Part shown: in pieces, positions 17,772-28,900 of the stretch | How the letters are laid out: each line of letters begins with the position of its first letter | Position numbering within the stretch: the stretch's first letter is position 1 | NCBI GenBank assembly: GCA_964291415.2 | Contig: OZ219918.1 | Location: forward strand, 288,001 to 352,000 | Direction: 5' to 3' | Origin: Alphaproteobacteria bacterium | GTDB taxonomy: Bacteria > Pseudomonadota > Alphaproteobacteria > SP197 | DNA: 64,000 nucleotides | Position numbers and translations under genes: made by a program | Notes under the pieces: model-generated | What the model was told of the DNA's origin: nothing | The model's input: the letters and a program-made list of their open reading frames with translations, nothing else | The model's database searches: none

Positions 17772-19961
17772 TCACGAGTGTCCGTGCCCTCGGGATTCGA
17801 AGGTGAGGAGATATCGATAGAGCTTCACGATCAGCTGCTCTTCATGCTCTTCCAGCCACAGCCGGGTGGCAGGGGTCAGCATCATCGTTCGGCAGGGCTG
17901 ATCTGCAATCATGGAGGTCTCGGCCGCATGCGCGCCGAAGGCGCCTCTCGGCTCGACCGCATCGCCTGGCCCGCATTGAAACAGCCGCGCGCCTGTGGAA
18001 TCGAAAGCGGAGGCCTGGCCCTTGAGCAGCAGCTGCATGCCCTTCTGCGGCTCGCCAAGCGATACGAGGGCCTCGCCGGCGTCGTACTCGCGAGGTTCCA
18101 GCCAGTCGCGGAGTTCATCGACCATATCTTCGAACACGACCTGTCTGTCGAGATGGCTCTCCATGTCGCCGACAACCCGTTCCAGCAAGGCGTCGCCCAG
18201 GTTCCCGCCTGAGGCGGGGTCCGACGCCCAGGTGGCAAGGACGATATCCTCGCAGCGCTCCAGGGCACGGTCCGCGTCCGGCTCGAACAGCAGGTTTTCG
18301 AGAACGGCGGCGGGAAGATTGCGCTCGAGTCCGTTCTCGAGTTTCTCCGACGCTGCGCTCAGCACCACCCGCGTTCCGACGGCCTGCGCGACATGCATGA
18401 ACCTGCACAGCCCGTTGATGGCCGAGAAATCGAATCCGGACACGGCGCCAAAATCCAGCAGGATGCAGGCCGGCCCGGGGGTGTTGTCCAGAGACTGCTT
18501 GAGGCGGTCCAGCAGGGGGCCGACGCTGCCGAAGAAGATGTATCCACGCAGTTGGTACGCCTGTATCCGTTCTCCCTGCAGCCGCAGTATGGCTCGATCG
18601 GGAATGGAGCGGTTCGCGTTGCTGTGACGATCACGGGCGTTGTAACTGGCTTCAATCACGTCCACGCGGCTGAGGCTGACGGCGAAGAACACCATGGTGA
18701 TCAGCATTCCGACGCCCACCCCCTCGAGGAATCCCAGGGATACGATGGTGGCGGCGATCAGCAGGAGAATTGCGTACTCTGTCCAAGGCAACTGCCTGCG
18801 GGCCTTCACGATCCACTCGTCCAGCAGACCAAGGCCGAGGAAAAGCAGCATTCCTGCGATGAGCGGTACGGGGACCAGGTTCAGGAGTGAATCGCCCAAA
18901 AGCACGACAGAGCCGAACAGCAGGGCGGTCACGACACCGGTCAGCCGGGATTCCGCCCCGAACCTGTCGCTCAGAATCGTAAAGGTGAAGACCAGGCTTC
19001 CACCTGCACCGGCGCCCAGACCGGCGATCACACCGGCGCCGCCGGCCGCCTTGAACTCCCTGTTCCACTCAAGTTCGCGGTTCGTGGCAAGTTCAAGGGC
19101 GCTCAGGTGCATGGCCACGGTGATCAGAGTCACCACGATCAGGGTCAGAATGTTGGGAATCTGAGCGGCGACCGCGGCCCAATCCACATGCGTCGCATCG
19201 CCGGACTCGAAGGGATGCCACAGGCCTCCTTCAGCCGTGCCGGCGAACAGCAGACCCGCCTCCCGGGCCTCGTCTCCGGAGATCCCGAAGCCGACCAGGA
19301 CCAGATGATAGAGCATGGCAGCGAGCAGGAAACTCGCCGGCAGAATGTAGTGATTGCTCCAGCGTTTGGTGGCAAGGACGAGGCCGAGACCGTAGGCCAC
19401 GCCGGGGGCCCATTTCCACAGCGCACCGGGCTCCATGAGAACGGGAAGGATGTGCCTCTCTGGCGTCACTCCCATCAGCGACAGGGCGGCCACGCACAGC
19501 AGTACCCCCGTCCCGGCAATGAACCCGCCCGCCACGGAATAGGGGATGAAGCGGATCAGGTTGGCGAGCCGAAAATGCCCGACCATAAGAAAGCAGATCC
19601 CCGTCGCCATGGCTCCGATGATCACGACCGTGGCCGTGGTCACGAAGCGCGCGAGCGTATCGCCCTCCACATCGATCGTTGACGCGATCACGACCAACAC
19701 CATCGAGGACGGCACCGCGGTCATCGAGAGCGCGCCACGGTAGCCGCTGGTCAGGGCGATCCACAGGCAGACGAGGAATCCGCCGAACAGCACCATGATC
19801 GTGCCCTGGGACAGAAACGGCGCCAATGGACCCGAGAACACGAGGGCTCCCACGGAAATCAGGTATGCCGAGCCGATCACGCCCACGACCAGGCCGACCG
19901 ACAGCGCAGGGAAGAGGTTGCCCGAGAGCACGTCGGCGCGGAGTTCGGATATGAGGTTCAT
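17772..19961 (-). CDS. SulP family anion transporter with STAS and cyclic-nucleotide-binding domains
   Basis: Many TM helices, RFIPYSVAGGFIAG, STAS LRGYIFFGS...ILLDFGAVSGFDFSA, and a C-terminal cNMP-like LVSLGEPQKGMQLLLKG. Confidence 0.9.
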   Translation of the reverse strand: MNLISELRADVLSGNLFPALSVGLVVGVIGSAYLISVGALVFSGPLAPFLSQGTIMVLFGGFLVCLWIALTSGYRGALSMTAVPSSMVLVVIASTIDVEGDTLARFVTTATVVIIGAMATGICFLMVGHFRLANLIRFIPYSVAGGFIAGTGVLLCVAALSLMGVTPERHILPVLMEPGALWKWAPGVAYGLGLVLATKRWSNHYILPASFLLAAMLYHLVLVGFGISGDEAREAGLLFAGTAEGGLWHPFESGDATHVDWAAVAAQIPNILTLIVVTLITVAMHLSALELATNRELEWNREFKAAGGAGVIAGLGAGAGGSLVFTFTILSDRFGAESRLTGVVTALLFGSVVLLGDSLLNLVPVPLIAGMLLFLGLGLLDEWIVKARRQLPWTEYAILLLIAATIVSLGFLEGVGVGMLITMVFFAVSLSRVDVIEASYNARDRHSNANRSIPDRAILRLQGERIQAYQLRGYIFFGSVGPLLDRLKQSLDNTPGPACILLDFGAVSGFDFSAINGLCRFMHVAQAVGTRVVLSAASEKLENGLERNLPAAVLENLLFEPDADRALERCEDIVLATWASDPASGGNLGDALLERVVGDMESHLDRQVVFEDMVDELRDWLEPREYDAGEALVSLGEPQKGMQLLLKGQASAFDSTGARLFQCGPGDAVEPRGAFGAHAAETSMIADQPCRTMMLTPATRLWLEEHEEQLIVKLYRYLLTFESRGHGHS

Positions 19962-20224
19962 GGGTGATTGATCGCTACGGACTTGACGGCGGACTCGTGC
20001 GTGTTTGACCGCCGGGGAAGTGTCGTCTTTGCTCTCTCCTGCAAGCGAATAGGGGCGTGTGCTATCGGTTTCGGCAGCAGGCCATTGGCCAGTCGGGTGC
20101 GAGCCTAAGTGAGCCATTCCGCCCATTCAACACACGGATGACCGCGGTTTCCGGCCATTCGCTGCGGCACGGCCGCCGCGCGTTTCGAGGGTCCATCAGG
20201 CACTCCGGCGCCGGGCCAGCCACC

Positions 20225-20510
20225 AGCCGGAGGCGGTAGCCTGTTGCGCTTGCGCCGGGATCGGCCTGCAGTCTTGACGCACCAAGCGTTGTGAACGATG
20301 CAATCGATGAGCTCTTCGAAGATGTCGGCTCCGCAATCACTTTCGGCCAGCTTTCCGCAGGGATCTGGCTGGCGATCAGGAGGGATGACCGCACTTTGCA
20401 TTGCTCGACGGTCATGAGCAGGTCGCGGCGGCCCTCGGCAGAGAAGTTCTGCAGTTGCCGTCGTCGAGCAGCAGCTGGGAGATCCTGGCGAGGCGTCACA
20501 TGGGCATCCA
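20225..20510 (-). mobile_element. istB: IS21-family IstB (ATPase) remnant, frameshifted
   Basis: Three frames give RLARISQLLLDD (Walker B), GRRDLL...RSSLLIASQIPAESWPKVIAEPT and LIDCIVHNAWCVKTAGRSRRK. Confidence 0.75.
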
Positions 20511-20929
20511 CGTTTCTGTTGAAGGTCTTGTGAGTATCCGGCGCTCAGGCACGCCAGCGAACACCTCATCGGCCCGGTGGTGTTCCATCGTTCGGTGCCG
20601 TTCGCTCTGGTCGGGCTCTTCCTCGGGACAGATCATGTTCGAGTGGGGCAACAGAGATCCTCGGACTGGACCCAGGAGGCTGTAGAAGAAGGGATCGGCG
20701 TCGTCGCTCCCCATGCAAAGGACGCATCCGACACTGTGGGGCAGGTGTTGGACGCCACCAAGAGAACCGCACAGGACGGTTTGAGGAACCTCAAGTGGGA
20801 CTGGTGACGGAGGTGAAGGGGCCGCGCGCGCTACCCCACGTGCGTCGCCTTGCAATCTGTCCGGGGGAAGTACGGACGAGCATATCGACGATGAGGCCGG
20901 TCAGAGGCCAGGTCGCCTGATGCCGGCCT

Positions 20930-21931
20930 TCAGCCTGCCCCGAGGCGCCCAAGGATCGATTCGGCCTCCTCCACCATGTTGGCCATGATCGCCGCTGCCG
21001 TCTCTTCGCCGCGTACCAGGCCGGCACTCTGCCCGGCGTAGAGTGCCATGGAGGTCACCGCACCGGTCGTGTCTGCGGTCGGGTTTTCGATGCTGTAACG
21101 CTCGATCGCCGTGCCCAGGCCATCGTGACCGATGATCTCGCCTTCGTTGGGCCGCTTGCCGGGGGGTGATTCGCCGGCTGCCTGCCAGGCTTCCAGCGTA
21201 TCGTTGAGAAGGCAGCGATGGGGCGCATCGGGCCAGCCGCCGTCGAAGACCTCGGAGAGCACGGTATCGGTCTCGTGCGCAGCCACGACACGCTGGCGCC
21301 ATGCCGGATGGGCATCGCACTCCCGGGCGAGCAGCAGACGGGTGCCGATCCAGGCGGCCTGGGCGCCCAGGGTGAGGATGGCCGCCAGGCCGCGTCCGTC
21401 CGCAATGCCGCCCGCCGCCACGACCGGCGTGGCGGGCACCGCATCGACCACCGCAGGCACCAGGACCATGGAGGCCACGGTTCCCCAGACATGGCCGCCG
21501 GCTTCGATGCCCTGAGCGACAACGACGTCAACCCCCTGGTCGACCACGCGCCGGGCCTCTTCGGCCGAACCAACCGTGTGCATCGCGAGCGCGCCCGCAT
21601 CGTGGATACGCGGGATCAGCGGACCCGGGTCGCCGTAGAACGTCGAGACAACCGGGACGCCTTCCTCAAGCGCGAGGTCGAGATTGGCCTGCTGCACCTC
21701 TTCCATCAGCGGGATCACGATGTTGGCGGCAAAGGGCATCGCCGTTCGTGCCCGCATGGTCGCGAGTGTCTTGCGCAGCGCGTCGGTCTCGGTCCAGGTG
21801 ATGGGCAGGATGCCGAGCCCGCCCGCCTGCGACACGGCGACGGCGAGGTCGGTCGACGAGGCGACAGGCGCCTGCAGGATCGGTGCCGTGATGCCCAGCA
21901 TGTGGCAGAGCGAAGTCGTCAGTTTCGGCAT
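20930..21931 (-). CDS. Nitronate monooxygenase / 2-nitropropane dioxygenase family flavoprotein
   Basis: PILQAP, AGGLG, QGIEAGGH, VVAAGGIADGRG and LYAGQS motifs. Confidence 0.92.
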   Translation of the reverse strand: MPKLTTSLCHMLGITAPILQAPVASSTDLAVAVSQAGGLGILPITWTETDALRKTLATMRARTAMPFAANIVIPLMEEVQQANLDLALEEGVPVVSTFYGDPGPLIPRIHDAGALAMHTVGSAEEARRVVDQGVDVVVAQGIEAGGHVWGTVASMVLVPAVVDAVPATPVVAAGGIADGRGLAAILTLGAQAAWIGTRLLLARECDAHPAWRQRVVAAHETDTVLSEVFDGGWPDAPHRCLLNDTLEAWQAAGESPPGKRPNEGEIIGHDGLGTAIERYSIENPTADTTGAVTSMALYAGQSAGLVRGEETAAAIMANMVEEAESILGRLGAG

Positions 21932-22225
21932 TCTTGCCTCCGGAGTCTGATGGCCGTTGCGCTGCTTGATTCACCGATTGGACTGGCAGGTTCCCGCCGC
22001 CTTGCTCACGGTACCGGCGTCGAGAGCCGGTGGCGACTCCCTCCGATCAGGCAGGCGAGGACTGCGGTGCGCCATCACCTCGAGCCATGTCATGCAGCGC
22101 GACAGGGCCTTGGACGTGGTCGGCACGGTGCTCACCTGCTGTGTCCACGAGCCGGCGTGCGTTACATTGCGAACGACATGGCTGTCCATCGCTCATGTCG
22201 CAGATGATCCTCGTGACGGGATTCG

Positions 22226-23653
22226 ATGATGATTGAAGACTACGCCGACCTTGATGCCACGGAGCTCGCCGGTCGCATTGCGCTTGGAGAACTCACCGCA
22301 TCAGAAGTGCTCGAAGAGGCGATTGCCCGCGCCGAGCGCGTCAACCCGAAACTGAATGCGCTCGTTTATCCCTGGTTCGACCACGCCCGGGACCGCGTCC
22401 GGGAAGGTCTGCCCGCCGGTCCTCTGCACGGCGTCCCCTTCCTGTTGAAGGACCTCTACGAGGACTACGCCGGCCAGCCGCACAGCAACGGCTGTCGTGC
22501 GCTTGACGGCACGATCGCGGACCACGATGCCGAACTGGTGCGCCGCTACAAGGCGGCAGGCCTGAGCATCTTCGGGAGAACGACATCGCCGGAGTTCGGG
22601 CTTTCGACGACGACCGAATCCGCGCTTCACGGCGTCACCCGCAATCCCTGGCATCCGGACGTCACGGCAGGCGGATCGTCAGGCGGTGCGGCAGCTCTGG
22701 TCGCGGCCGGCGTGATTCCGATGGCGAACGCGTCCGATGGCGGCGGCTCGATCCGCATCCCGGCATCATGCTGCGGATTGTTCGGCCTCAAGCCGACTCG
22801 CGCCCGCAACCCCATCGGTCCCGATGTCGGGGAAGGCTGGTCCGGCCTTGCTGTCGCGCACGCGGTGTCGAGGACGGTGCGCGACAGCGCGCTCCTGCTC
22901 GATTGCACGGCAGGCCCCGACCTCGGGGCGCCGTACTGGGCGCAAGGGCCGGAACGGCCGTTCGTCGAGGAGGTCGGCGGCGACGTCGCCGGCATGAAGG
23001 TCGCCGTCATCCGCGAGCCGTGGTTCGATGCGGAAACCGATTCCGATTGCCTGGCGGCCGTCGACGCGGCGGTCGCGCATTGCCGTGATCTTGGCCTTGC
23101 GGTCGAGGATGCCGCCCTTCCCATTCCCCGATGGATGCTCGAAGCGGACCTGCAGATCATCTACAGCAACGCCCGCCAGACTGTAGAGTTGCTGGACTCC
23201 TTCCTTGAGCGCCCCATGACCGAGGATGACGTGGAGCCGAACAATCTCCGCATGGCCCGCAACGACCGCGGCACCGGCGCCGACTACGTCACCGCCCTCA
23301 ACGGCATTCACGCCCTGGGCCGCCTCGTGGCGCGTTTCTTCGTCGATTTCGATCTTCTGCTCACGCCCACCATGCCGATGGCGCCCATGCCGCTCGGTCT
23401 GCTCTCTCCGTCGCGTGAGGACGGCGAAGCGCAATGGCGCGATGTCATTCGCACGATCGCGTTCACGGCTCCGTTCAATGCGTCGGGGAACCCGGCGGCA
23501 TCCGTCCCGCTGCACGGGAACCGGGACGGCGTTCCGATCGGCGTGCAGTTCGTCGCGCCCTATGGCGATGAAGCGGCGTTGTTGCGAATCGGCTCGGCTC
23601 TGGAGCGGATTGCACCGTGGGCTCATCGTCGGCCGGGCATACACTCAGGCTGA
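22226..23653 (+). CDS. Amidase signature family protein
   Basis: GVPFLLKD, GGSSGGAAA, SDGGGSIRIPAS and FTAPFNASGNPA motifs. Confidence 0.93.
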   Translation: MMIEDYADLDATELAGRIALGELTASEVLEEAIARAERVNPKLNALVYPWFDHARDRVREGLPAGPLHGVPFLLKDLYEDYAGQPHSNGCRALDGTIADHDAELVRRYKAAGLSIFGRTTSPEFGLSTTTESALHGVTRNPWHPDVTAGGSSGGAAALVAAGVIPMANASDGGGSIRIPASCCGLFGLKPTRARNPIGPDVGEGWSGLAVAHAVSRTVRDSALLLDCTAGPDLGAPYWAQGPERPFVEEVGGDVAGMKVAVIREPWFDAETDSDCLAAVDAAVAHCRDLGLAVEDAALPIPRWMLEADLQIIYSNARQTVELLDSFLERPMTEDDVEPNNLRMARNDRGTGADYVTALNGIHALGRLVARFFVDFDLLLTPTMPMAPMPLGLLSPSREDGEAQWRDVIRTIAFTAPFNASGNPAASVPLHGNRDGVPIGVQFVAPYGDEAALLRIGSALERIAPWAHRRPGIHSG

Positions 23654-23798
23654 ACCCTGCAGACTTCGTGATCGCATCAGCCTTCGTTCGCCTGGTCTGA
23701 GCGGAAGGCGGCGAACGGTGCGCTGCGCTGCATGCCGGGAGATTGCCGCGGACCGGCCTGCCTGCCGGCGTGGCCTCGGGGACTCGCTGTGGATCCTC

Positions 23799-25274
23799 TC
23801 AGCGTGTGCGGGCAATGGCCAGCCAGCGATCGATGTCGGTCGAGGACTCGATGGCGTCGGCCACGGCGTTGATGGCATTGTCGACTTCCTCTTCGAAGAC
23901 CACGCTGTTCGCCGGACGATTGCCGAGACGTTCGAGGAAGCGGCGGCGGAAGGAATCCGAGCGGAAGAGTCCGTGCATGTAGCAACCCATGATGCGGCCC
24001 GAGCATGAGACGGCGCCGTCGGGACCCGTCTCCAGTTCCACCATGGGGCGCTCCAGGTCCGGGCCTGTTGTCACGCCCATGTGCATCTCGTAGCCGGCAA
24101 TCGGTTCTCCCGTCATGGCGTCGCGGCCACGGACTTCGGCCAGCTGCTTGGTGTCGGCCAGGGTTGTCGTGATGTCGAGCAGGCCGAGCCCGCGTTCCGA
24201 TCCCGGTTGTCCCTCGATGCCCGAGGGGTCGGCGACCTCGCGTCCCAGCATCTGGTAGCCCCCGCACAGTCCGACGATCCAGCCGCCTCGCCGGACATGG
24301 GCGGCAAGATCGATGTCCCAGCCGTTGGCCTTTAGCGAGACAAGGTCGGCCAGCGTGCTCTTGGAGCCCGGCAGGATGACGAGATCGCAGTTCCCGGGAA
24401 GCGGCTCGCCCGGTCCGATCATGCTGACGTCGACATCCGGCTCGGACTTCAGGGGATCGAGGTCGTCGAAATTGGCGATACGGTCGAAGCGCAGGCAGGC
24501 AATGCGGATGTCCGCCGTGCCCTGTACATGTCGCGGATGCGGATGGTCGAGGGCAACCGCGTCCTCGGCCGGCAGTTGCCGTGCCGCTGCAATGTGGGGA
24601 ATGACCCCGAGACAGTCGAGGCCGGAACGTTGCCTGATGATGTCGATTGCGGGATTGAAGAGCGAGACATCTCCGCGGAACCGGTTGATGCAGCAGGCGA
24701 GCACGAGGCGCCGTTCGTCATCGTCGAGGAGCGCCATGGTGCCGACCATGCTGGCGATGACGCCGCCGCGGTCGACGTCTCCGACAAGCACGACGGGTAC
24801 CCCGGCCTCGAGGGCAAAGCCCATGTTGGCAATGTCGCCCTTTCGCAGGTTGACCTCCGCCGGCGACCCCGCTCCCTCGACGAGGACGAGATCGGCCGCG
24901 GCTTCCAGGTGCCGGAAACTCTCCATGACCGGTTCCATGAGTGTGCCCGCAAGACCGCGATAGTCCCGCCCGGAGCTCGATCCGAGAACGCGCCCCTGGA
25001 CAATGATCTGGGATGTGCGGTCGGACTGGGGCTTGAGGAGCACGGGATTCATGTGAACGCTGGCCGGGTGGCCACAGGCCCTCGCCTGAAGCATCTGGGC
25101 GCGGCCGATCTCGCCGCCATCGGCGGCCACGCCGGCATTGTTCGACATGTTCTGGGGCTTGAAGGGCAGGGTCTTCAGGCCGCGCCGGGTGAAGCTGCGG
25201 GCGAGACCGGTGACGATCAGGGACTTGCCGACATCCGAACCGGTCCCCTGGACCATCACCGCTGGTGTCGCCAC
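23799..25274 (-). CDS. cobQ: Cobyric acid synthase
   Basis: QGTGSDVGKS, FKPQNMSNN, EGAGSPAEVNLR, GLCGGYQMLG and YMHGLF motifs. Confidence 0.96.
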   Translation of the reverse strand: MATPAVMVQGTGSDVGKSLIVTGLARSFTRRGLKTLPFKPQNMSNNAGVAADGGEIGRAQMLQARACGHPASVHMNPVLLKPQSDRTSQIIVQGRVLGSSSGRDYRGLAGTLMEPVMESFRHLEAAADLVLVEGAGSPAEVNLRKGDIANMGFALEAGVPVVLVGDVDRGGVIASMVGTMALLDDDERRLVLACCINRFRGDVSLFNPAIDIIRQRSGLDCLGVIPHIAAARQLPAEDAVALDHPHPRHVQGTADIRIACLRFDRIANFDDLDPLKSEPDVDVSMIGPGEPLPGNCDLVILPGSKSTLADLVSLKANGWDIDLAAHVRRGGWIVGLCGGYQMLGREVADPSGIEGQPGSERGLGLLDITTTLADTKQLAEVRGRDAMTGEPIAGYEMHMGVTTGPDLERPMVELETGPDGAVSCSGRIMGCYMHGLFRSDSFRRRFLERLGNRPANSVVFEEEVDNAINAVADAIESSTDIDRWLAIARTR

Positions 25275-25294
25275 GACGGGATGTTCCCCTTGTC

Positions 25295-25912
25295 CTAGAA
25301 CTCGATGCCGGGCTGGCTGCGCACGCCCTCGCGGAAGGGATGCTTGACGAGAGTCATCTCGGTGACGAGATCGGCAATCTCGATGAGCGCATCCGGGGCG
25401 TTGCGCCCGGTGACCACGACATGGAGGTCATCGCGGCGGGCGTTGAGCGCGTCGAGCACATCGTCGGCATCGACATAGCCGTAGCGCAGGGCAATGTTGA
25501 GTTCGTCGAGGATGACGAGGCGGATGTCCGGATCGGCCATGAGCTCGCAGGAGGCCTGCCAGGCGGCCTTGGCCATCTCGGTGTCGCGCTCGCGGTCCTG
25601 GGTCTCCCAGGTAAACCCCTCGCCCATGACCTTCCATGTGACCTGTTCGGGAAACCGGCGGAACACCTTCAGCTCACCGATCGTGTCGCGCCCCTTGATG
25701 AACTGCACGACGCCGATGCGATAGCCGTGACCCAGACAGCGCAGGGCCATGCCCCACGCCGCCGTCGATTTTCCCTTTCCCTTGCCTGTGTGGACGATGA
25801 GAAGTCCGCGCTCCTCGGTCTTGGTCGCCATCATGCGATCACGGGCGGCCTTGCGCTTGATCATCCTTTCCCGGTGACGCTGGTTGATGGAGTCGTCGTC
25901 GGACGTCGTCAT
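25295..25912 (-). CDS. cobO: Cob(I)yrinic acid a,c-diamide adenosyltransferase
   Basis: HTGKGKGKSTAA, GFTWETQD, ILDELN and VKHPF motifs. ATGA overlap with cobN. Confidence 0.95.
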   Translation of the reverse strand: MTTSDDDSINQRHRERMIKRKAARDRMMATKTEERGLLIVHTGKGKGKSTAAWGMALRCLGHGYRIGVVQFIKGRDTIGELKVFRRFPEQVTWKVMGEGFTWETQDRERDTEMAKAAWQASCELMADPDIRLVILDELNIALRYGYVDADDVLDALNARRDDLHVVVTGRNAPDALIEIADLVTEMTLVKHPFREGVRSQPGIEF

Positions 25913-28900
25913 GGGATGTCCCTTTCGGTGAGGAGCGTTTCGAGGGCGTGGATCGTGCTGTTGCGTCGCGGTGTCCACAGACCGCGTCTGAAGGCCTCGT
26001 GCAGGCGTTCGGCGATATCCGTCAAGGCTCCGGGGTTAGCCTCTTCAAGGAACGCGCGGACCTCCTCGTTGTCCAGCCATTTGTCGGCAATGGCGTCAAA
26101 ATGATGATCGGACACCGCGCCGGTCGTTGCGGCGAAGCCGAAGAGGTAGTCCACCGTGGCCGCCATTTCGAAGGCGCCCTTGTAGCCATGGCGCATGACT
26201 CCGGCGATCCACTTCGGATTGACGACCCGGCCGCGCACGACGCGCGCGATCTCTTCCTTCAACGTGGCGATGCGCGGGTTGTCGGGACGGGAGTGATCGT
26301 TGTGATAGACCGTCGGCTGCCGACCCGAGGCGCGCCGTACCGCCGCCGCAAGGCCGCCTTCGAACTGGTAGTAGTCGTCCGAATCAAGAAGGTCGTGCTC
26401 TCTGTTGTCCTGGTTGTGGATGACGGCCTCCACGTGCCGCAGCCGGGTCTCGAGGAGAGAGTGCGCGGCCTCGCCTTCGGCGCCGGCGCCGTAGGCATAT
26501 CCGCTCCATGCGACGTAGGCCCGGGCAAGATCGTCCCGTCCATCCCATGCGCCGCTGTCGATCAAGGCCTGGAGACCGGCGCCGTAGGCGCCCGGCATCG
26601 ATCCGAAGACTCTTGCGGCGGCGCGCCTGAAAGCAGTGTCCCCGGCGCCTGCCGTCTCGTCGCGCACCATCGCGGCCAGGGGGTTGACGTCCGCCGGTTC
26701 ATCGAGCGCAGCAACGGCCCGCGCGGCGGTGTCGACGAGATCGATGAGGGAGGGGAAGGCGTCACGAAAGAAGCCGGATACCCTCAGGGTCACATCGACC
26801 CGGGGCCGTCCGAGCACTCCGGCGGGCATGACTTCGTAGCCTGTGACACGACCGCTGACGGCATCCCAGGACGGCTGGACACCCATCAGCGCCAGAGCCT
26901 GGGCGATGTCGTCGCCACCGGTCCTCATGGTGGCGGTCCCCCACGCCGACAGTGCCACGGCGCGCGGCCATTCACCGTGATCCTGGAGATGGCGTTCCAC
27001 CAGCCGGCTGGCGGACATCCATCCCAGCCGCCAGGCGGCAGGTGTGGGCACCGACCGCGTGTCGACCGAATAGAAGTTCCGTCCCGTGGGAAGAACCTCC
27101 GGACGGCCCCTCGTCGGGGCGCCGGAGGGTCCGGGCTCCACGAACGAGCCTTCGAGACCGGCAAGCAGGCCGTTGATCTCGTGCGTGCCGCAGGCCTGGA
27201 GCGCCGGGCGAAGGCGTCTTTCGACATCGTCCAGCACCCGCGCCGTGGCAGGCCAGCATGGATCAGGGGAGATCGTGCCGTCGATGAGAGCAAGGGCGAG
27301 GCTCTCGAGGCGTTCAAGCGTATCGCCGGTGGTCCGCCACGGCCCTCCGTCGAGCCCGGCGAGGACATCCGGTCGTGGTCCTGCCCATGGAACGGCAGGC
27401 GACATGTCGAGAGGATCGAAGCCGAGCGCGAGGTCGTGGGCGAGCGCGCGCGTGATCGATTGTTCCGTACCCTTCCCGTCGCCCCGGGGCGCGCGCGCCA
27501 GGGCAACCAGCGAGGAGTTGGCAAGGGAACCTTCCGGCGATCGTCCGAAGATGTGCAGGCCGTCCCTGATCTGCAGCTCCTTGATCTCGCACAGGCGGCC
27601 GTCGAGCTTGGTCAGCCTCGCCGGCATGTCGTCGGCCTCGGTGATGCCGCAGTCCTCCTCGAGGCCGCTGCTGGCGAGCAGCGTCAGGATGTCCGTCGCG
27701 ATGATCTCGAGACGTCTGGGATCGGTCTGTGAGGCTTCGAAGTACTCGTCGACAAGTCGTTCGAGTGTCTCGAGTTCGCCGTAGGTGCCGGCCCTGGCAA
27801 GCGGTGGCGTGAGATGATCCACGATCACCGCCGACGCTCGCCTCTTGGCCTGGGTTCCCTCCCCGGGATCGTTCACGATGAAGGGGTAGAGATGGGGGAG
27901 TGGCGCGAACGCTGCCTCGGGAAAGCAGGTGGACGACAGCGCCAGCGCCTTGCCCGGGAGCCATTCCAGATTGCCGTGCTTGCCGAGATGGATCACCGCA
28001 TGGGCATCGAACGGCCCCGACAACCACATGTAGAAGGCGAGATAGGCATGGGGCGGAACCAGGTCCGGATCGTGGTAGCTCGCGGCAGGATCGATGTCGT
28101 AGCCCCGGGTGGGCTGGATGCCGATCGCCAGATTGTCCCAGCGATGAATGGCCAGATGGAAGAGGCCTTCCGAGACGAAGGGATCGCCCTCCGGTTCCCC
28201 CCAGCGGTTCAGGACCTTCCGGCGGATGTCCTCAGGCAGGGCCTCGAAGCGCTCCCTGTAGGAGTCCAGGGAGAGTGTGACATCCGATCGCCGCGGGGAG
28301 GGACCGGCTCTCCGGTTGGTCGGCCCCGCCATCAGTGTTCCGATGAGCTCGGCGCCGTCGAAGGGAACGCCGTCCACACGATATCCGGCGTCCTTCATCG
28401 CCTGGATGATGGTGGCTGCCGAGGCCGGGGTGTCGAGCCCGACACCGTTGGCGAGACGCGAGTCCTTTCCAGGGTAGTTGGCGAGCACGATGGCGACACG
28501 GCGGTCCCGGGAAGGGGTGCGCCGGAGGCGTGCCCATCTGGCAGCCAGCCTCGCGGTCCAGGTGACACGGTCGGCGACCGGCTGATGGGTCACGACACTG
28601 ATCTCGGTTTCCGGAAGGCGCGGTCCGGGGGCCTTGAAGGAGATGGCGCGGGCGAGAATGCGTCCGTCGACTTCCGGGAGCGCCACATTCATCGCGATGT
28701 CGCGGGGGGCAAGGCCGCGCGTGCGTTCCTGCCACTTCTCGCGGGCTTCGCCCGAGAGGACGGCCTGGAGGATCGGGCAGCCGGCGCCGTCGAAGGGCGA
28801 GGGACCGCGATCGGCGCCCGGACTCGAGACCGCAAAGCCGGTTGCGTTGACGATCACCGCCGGCCGGAAGGCGGCCAGCGTTTCCTCGACAAGGACGGCC

